From Enoplolaimus lenunculus (lineage: Eukaryota): a stretch of 64,000 nucleotides of DNA. The stretch spans positions 434,001-498,000 of the forward strand of contig JASANG010001013.1 in assembly GCA_030248215.1 (NCBI GenBank). The letters run 5' to 3'. The notes beneath the pieces are model-generated. The model made no database searches. It saw only the letters and a program-made list of their open reading frames with translations, and was not told the origin of the DNA. Shown here one piece after another: positions 58,149 to 64,000 of the stretch. Numbering within the stretch: the stretch's first letter is position 1; each line of letters begins with the position of its first letter. A program made the position numbers and the translations under genes.

Positions 58149-59366
58149 AATGAATTTTCTCTAAGCTGAATTTATGAAATATTAAAGAAACCCTTGTTTG
58201 CCCCACCTGAAATATTTTTAACCCCCCCTAGCAATGTGACCTGGCTACGGGCATGACAAGCGACTGAAAACTTTAAAGGCTGAGAAGTTTAAGCTTAGGT
58301 TTAGGCTTATGTTTAGGATTAACCTAAAGCTTAGTAGGCAGAGCCTTATAATTAACTTTGGCCGATCCAGCATATATGTAAAACACGCTATTAAGACTGA
58401 AAAAATAAGATGTTCCAGTTATATAACTGACACCGTCAAACAGTGGTATTTGTACTCGGTGTACCGAACCAGGACGGCGTCCTGAGAGTCCACAAGATGG
58501 GCCGTGTTTAAAAATCAGGGTATCTTAAAATCAATGCTTAGGTCAGGCCACTGGTCAATGAAGTTTGTCAGAACAACAAAACTATTTTCAGACACAAAAT
58601 GTGTTGTGACGTTGATAATTCATAGGTAATTACTGTACTTCACTCTCCTAAGACGCATGGTTAAGAAACTGCTCATGTTGGTTCACAATTATCTGAATCC
58701 GGTTGATTTTTGTGTAGAAATTATGCATTAAGTTTATGTTTGGCCCATGTATAGATCAGGGGCGGAATGTTTTTTGTGGGACTAAAAGCTGTACCCTGGG
58801 GCCTACAATTTTTTGACTACAATTTAGTTCGATTTCTTTGTTCTTTTAATATATACCTCTTCTCGTCCTGCAATTACTAAAATTTCGGTTGCAAAATTAA
58901 ATATACTACGAAACGTATAATTGCGCAAATTCACCTGCAATTAAACACGCAGATTTAAAATATCATGTCAGTCACACGTTACCGTACGTTTGGCCTGCAC
59001 AAAAAATGCCCAAGAGTTTTGCGAAACGCTAATGACGTCCTATAACAGTCAGCTAGCCAATGCTTTTCGTCCGTTTAACCATCTTTAGTTAGCTACGGAC
59101 AAAATGCAGTTTCTCTGAAACTGTGTCCGGACACGAAAAATATTAACTGTTGGACAACCCATCTTAAAAGTATGAGGACTCGCTTGGGTTAGTTTAACTG
59201 AGAGAAAACTAGAAGAAAACCTACGTTACAGCTTGAAACTAGCTTGTATCGAACTAAAAAAGTTCTCTGTGCATAGAACAGATTCTACACAAAGTCGTTG
59301 GTTTTAAACCTGCTAATAGGGTTTAGGATGCAGTTTAAGTTTGAACTAAACACTAATTTAAGGCTC

Positions 59367-59571
59367 ATACTCTCAAATGCGTATAGCAACTATCATCAGT
59401 TAGTAATAGGTTTCCAAACTAACTATTACAGTTGTTGAATTCAAAATTGGCACAAATGTAGCTCAAATCATATGCAAAATTGTTCGGTATTTTGAGCCTC
59501 AGCATTCACTGTTTCGAAAGTTACAAGCCCTGTCGCCAACTGGTGTTAGGTGCTACACATATTTGAGAATA
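59367..59571. mobile_element. TA-flanked MITE (TATTCTCAAAT..GTAGCACCTA..AGTT TIR)
   Basis: ~35-bp inverted ends; isolated ends also at about 8966-9000, 49803-49835 and 50123-50158. Confidence 0.7.
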
Positions 59572-60745
59572 CAGGCCAAGGTGTTAGCTTAGATTCAGTT
59601 TAGCGTTAAAGCTTTAACATTAATGTTTTTTGACTGGCTGATTATTACAAACTGCAAAATTTGTTGGTTTTATCTGTCGCAAAATATTTTTGCGATAAGC
59701 AATTTTTGCTACGTTTAGTCGCAAGTAAATAAAGTACTGTTTTGTATTTAAATGTAACACCGGATCCGGAGCCGCAAGTCGAAGCCGGAGGTGAGGCGAA
59801 ATTAGGTAGTACAAATGATGGTTAATTAGTTAATTTTAGCCAATATTTGCAATATGTTGTTAAGTTGTTTGGTTTTTGCACTAATTTTCTGCGAAATTTC
59901 AGAAATTCTTTTCTGAAAATTGTGACAAAAGCAAAACGAACCCGCTAAACAGATAAATTTTGCAAAAATTATGAAAAATTTTGTTACCAAAATCGGCGGA
60001 ACCTACGACAACAATTCTACCGGAACCGGAAGCCGATTTTCTGCCGGAGCCGGAGGCAAAACTCTGATTGTACCCTGATATATATGTATATATTTGAAAT
60101 GTACCATGAATGTTGTAACTTAATAGCAAAGCAATAAAAATATAAGTTGTTGTGCCGTCCATACTTGGCCTTTTAAATGTTCTGTCCTTTTAAATTCTAA
60201 GCGAAACTTAAGCCTTTCCGTGTACGGGAACAATCCCCACAGAGTCAGCGCGTGCGGTGGTTTACATACAAAGTCATAAAAGTTTGTATGTTCATCCGAA
60301 TAATCTTCGGCAATTCGTAGCCTGACAACTTGCATACCAACAGTGCCATAAAGCCAATGAAGAAATCTGAGTATAAAAGTAACGCAGAGTTCATGTTAAA
60401 ACGGGGGCAGCGTCGGACATGATTTGTTCCAAGTTGAGTCTACATCAACTATAAAATTGGTCAATCATATAGAAAGAAAATAGACAACTTCTGAATATTA
60501 TTCCACAATGATCTACAAACCCCTGCTGTCGTGTCAACTAAACAAACATGCGTGCTAGTGTGATATAATATTATAGGACATTATAGTGAATATCACATGA
60601 TATTCCAAATTTAGCACAAATTACATATCACCATTATCAGACAACTTTATAACAAAGTATGACACTTTGCGGCAATGATAACTGCCACATGCTCTTTGCT
60701 TAGACTACCAGAAACCATCATATCGAGTTCTTCTGAACCATTGAA

Positions 60746-60960
60746 GATTTGCCGCTAAACTTTGATTTTCCAGCAAAAATTTACATTTTGCCGCTAAAAT
60801 TAGACTTTTAACGCTAAAATTTGAATTTCCCGCCAAAATTTGAATTTTCCCCGCCAAAATGTAAATGCACGTGCCAAAATTAAAATTTAGAAACAAAGCT
60901 TGAATTTTTCCGCCAAAATTTTGGTTTTTCCCGCCGAAATTTTAATTTTCCCGCCAAAAC
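60746..60960. repeat. Degenerate ~20-21 bp tandem repeat (TTTTCCCGCCAAAATTTGAA-like), about 10 copies
   Basis: Recurrent CCCGCCAAAA/GCCGCTAAAA cores at ~20-bp spacing. Confidence 0.8.
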
Positions 60961-61627
60961 GTTGAATTCTTTCGATACGCAAGCACTTGTGACTTTTCCG
61001 TGACTCAGCCTTGATCGCGTTAAACATGTGATTACTATCGCCTCAGCCTATTCAACGCTGTAGCGGTCACGTGACCAAAATCAAGGCTTACAAATCATCC
61101 ACACAAACATTAGCTCAAAGCTGATAAGCTGCACTACAAAGGTTTTACGCTATCGGCAAATACCAAAACCAGGGGCATACTTTTGCCGTGCAGGCATGTC
61201 TAAGGCGGGACCGAATTTCCCTTTGAGGTGCCGCCAAACTAATTAATTGCGGCATATACAAAGGGTCTATTGAAGCAAAAATTTATGTAAAGCTTCTACA
61301 GATGCAAATTATTTATTTTTACTCAGTATTCAGGTAAACATAATATGAACCCGGGGGTGCATCTGTACCTCTTAGTGCAAACCTGTCAATTTCCATAAAT
61401 TTCGTGTATGAAGGTTGAAAAAGTGAATCTACGACAATTCGTCGACCGGCAACTTGTCGTCCAACAGTTGTTAAAACCTATAAATAAGCCTAAGCATAAT
61501 CCTAAAGCGTAACCGAAAGTCTAAACATAATGATTGGCGACGAATTGTGGAGTTGATGAAATTTCGCAGTACAAGTTGTCGGCCGACGAGTTGTTGGATC
61601 GGCGAATTGTCGTGATACCAGAAAAAG

Positions 61628-61823
61628 TGCCCATGTATAGAACAGGGTCGGAACAGTAGTATAAGCATATTCCTAAGCCTAAGCCTAAGCGTATGGATGA
61701 GCCTATTCCTAAGCCTAAGCCTAAACCTAAGCCGAAGCATATGCAAAAAATTAGTCTAAAGCTTAGGCTGACTCTATTATAGCCCATCCGGAAAACGATC
61801 CGACCTTGTTCTATACATGGGCC
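61628..61823 (+). mobile_element. Telomere-repeat MITE subfamily A
   Basis: GCCCATGTATAGAACAGGGTCGG ... CCGACCTTGTTCTATACATGGGCC; CCTAAG core. Confidence 0.87.
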
Positions 61824-62287
61824 AGCAAAAAGTATAAATTTCAAAAATTAAATACTTCTGAAAAAATAGGAACTAAAACGACGCTTTTGTACCTTTAAAT
61901 ATGTAGAAATTTCAATCTGCATTCGTTCATTTTAAGTTTAATTTTTCATTTTAAATTAATAAACCATATGAAAATAAGGAATTTACTGTAAGATTTGTCA
62001 CAATTTACCATCCTGCCTTAGCGAAACTTTAGTGACGTTTGTTTCAAATCGCTTGAACCCGCGGTGTCAGACGCAGAAATCTAATATGGGTCAGGCCGAG
62101 CTATATTATTATAGCGAAACAAAGCTTACACGAACAAAGCGAACGAGAAACGAAACATAATTTTTGTAAAATTCAAACAAAATAGTAATTTTGGACCATG
62201 TTTGGGCCTGAACCAGGGTAATCAACTCTTGATCCCGCAGTCGCCTTGAGGATAGGGCCAGTTTGTGGTTTGTTTTTGCGTTTGGGA

Positions 62288-63979
62288 TCAAGAATTTGAA
62301 CCGTATCCGAACAGTAACAAAACGGGAAGTTGAACAAAACTCATCAAAGAACATCCGATCCATATTCCCAGCTGGCCACCAATATCAGACAGCAAAGTTG
62401 TCGCCGGATACGCTTCAATCTCTTCGTATACGATGTATTTTAACGAACGATACGCGATACCAACCTGAAAAAAATAGTATTTTGTGTAAAATTTTAAAAA
62501 TATGAAAATTAAAATTTAATATTTCGACTTGGGCTACAAAACGACGAGAGAATTTTGTTTCAAAAAGCTGGCAGTATTGAAAGCAAAAAACGAATTTTAA
62601 TGCAGAAACTTACAGAAAATATAGCAAATAGTCGTATTATTAAAAATAACACATCATTAATACTTTCTCACATAAATATTCACAATTTCATATCAAATGT
62701 AATTTCAATATTCTATTTCTAGCCTCACGAGTTGTGTGAGACGTTTACGATGACCAGTGAGCTATAGGAGTTTGACGCAGAAGCCCAATGGTACTCTGAC
62801 GTCTTGTGAAGATTTTGCACTGTGCGTATATGTTAGAATTGTTAAACACTGCTCATAGTGTCTGTATTGCTCGTATATTATTTGTGTTTAGTCGCTGATA
62901 GTATACTCTATGAAGGAAAGGGTTAAATATATGTTTAAGCGATTGCCGAGTTTCGAAAGTTGACACATTTTGGTACTTGTCTCTTTACTTGTGTGCAAAG
63001 TGTAGATTTTCACACGTAAATAAATATTGATTTTGGAATCATGTAAAAAATACAAAGCACTTGCAGGCTGTTTTTGAAACAAAATGTAGTGTTGATGCGA
63101 TATTGGTCATTTTGTCAAATACTAAAACCCAATATCGACTATGTTTCCAAATGCATGCAAATGTTCACCGGGCTTTCTCAAATTTAAACAAAAAACACCT
63201 GATGCGTCTGAATGTATTTTTTCGATTTTGGATGGAATTTTGTCGTTTTATTTCATATCGAACAATTGCAACATATCTGTAATAACAAAAAATTGCGTGA
63301 TTTGTGCGCAATTTAAAAATTAATTTTTGACTGTAAAATAACTGACACCACACACAAAAAAGTATTTCTGACTTATTCAGAAAAGTGTCTTCTGTGGCAA
63401 ATCTGAAAAGTTTTGCTGCTATTTAAGACAATTTTTCTAAAAATACCTGGAAAACGTTTATTTGCAGACTTTATTTCAAAACGTTTTTTGAAAACATTTC
63501 TATTATAACAGAAATACTTTTCAAGTGCACCTTGCTAATCATATTTCTCAAATGTAAGAAATTTTTTCTTAAATATCAGAAATATTATTTTGAGTGCAGT
63601 CTGTATTGCACTATGTTTATACCTGACTGCAATGATTTGAATTTTCCAAAAATGGTCGAGAAAATGTTGACACTTCGTATTCGATTTCTTCACATTGAGG
63701 CAGACAATCGTCTAAACATTTACGATAATTGCTAAAATCACCGGTATACGGTATAAACGGTGAACAGTCCCTAACAGGCGCCGTCGTTTCCGGTCTCGGA
63801 CCATTTGAAGATGCCGCCATCTGTGGGACCGGAGGTTCCGGAAGCGGTTTACATCCGTACTGCTGGATCAATATTTGTCGGTGACATGCGTTGTCACATC
63901 CTGTAAAATTGACATCGTAGTCAGCGCAACGATCGGAACTTCGTGGCCATTGAAAATGTTTGACGCGTCGAAATACCTT
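62288..63979 (-). CDS. DEG/ENaC/ASIC-family channel subunit, last two coding exons (5' part lies beyond the window)
   Basis: Exon 63623-63979 encodes the Cys-rich thumb (C...C......GC...C...C..CLPQCEEIEYEVS). Exon 62288-62464 encodes YEEIEAYPATTLLSDIGGQLGIWIGCSLMSFVQ (pre-TM2/TM2 with the GxS filter) and ends in TGA. Confidence 0.9.
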
Positions 63980-64000
63980 CTGAAACAGTAAAATATAAAG

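Overview
AT-rich, intron-rich eukaryotic DNA, most likely a nematode (inferred from pervasive TTAGGC telomere-type repeats and TTTCAG/TTTTAG acceptors; the species cannot be determined). I traced five protein-coding genes exon by exon: RTEL1 Fe-S DEAH helicase (minus, 22 exons in the window, probably running off the left edge), DDX27/DRS1 DEAD-box helicase (minus, 18 exons, 783 aa, ending about 1.2 kb upstream of RTEL1), a divergent SETD3-like SET-domain protein (plus, 4 exons, 706 aa), a UDP-glycosyltransferase (minus, 3 exons, 527 aa) and the last two exons of a DEG/ENaC channel (minus, entering from the right edge). Introns and the ~20 kb gap between DDX27 and the SET gene are packed with non-autonomous DNA transposons (MITEs) of many families, a decayed piggyBac, tRNA-derived relics and minisatellites. 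The most striking signal is a high-copy MITE family (GGCC[A/C]ATGT terminal repeats, 8-bp target duplications, 13 near-complete copies here) whose core is telomeric repeat; in one copy the core has expanded to 83 in-phase hexamers. Several unrelated elements also carry TTAGGC-like cores. Other candidates are a back-to-back pair of tRNA-headed elements, hairpins abutting DDX27 splice sites, and a possible DDX27-RTEL1 operon. All alignments and RNA folds were made by eye; no database search was run.
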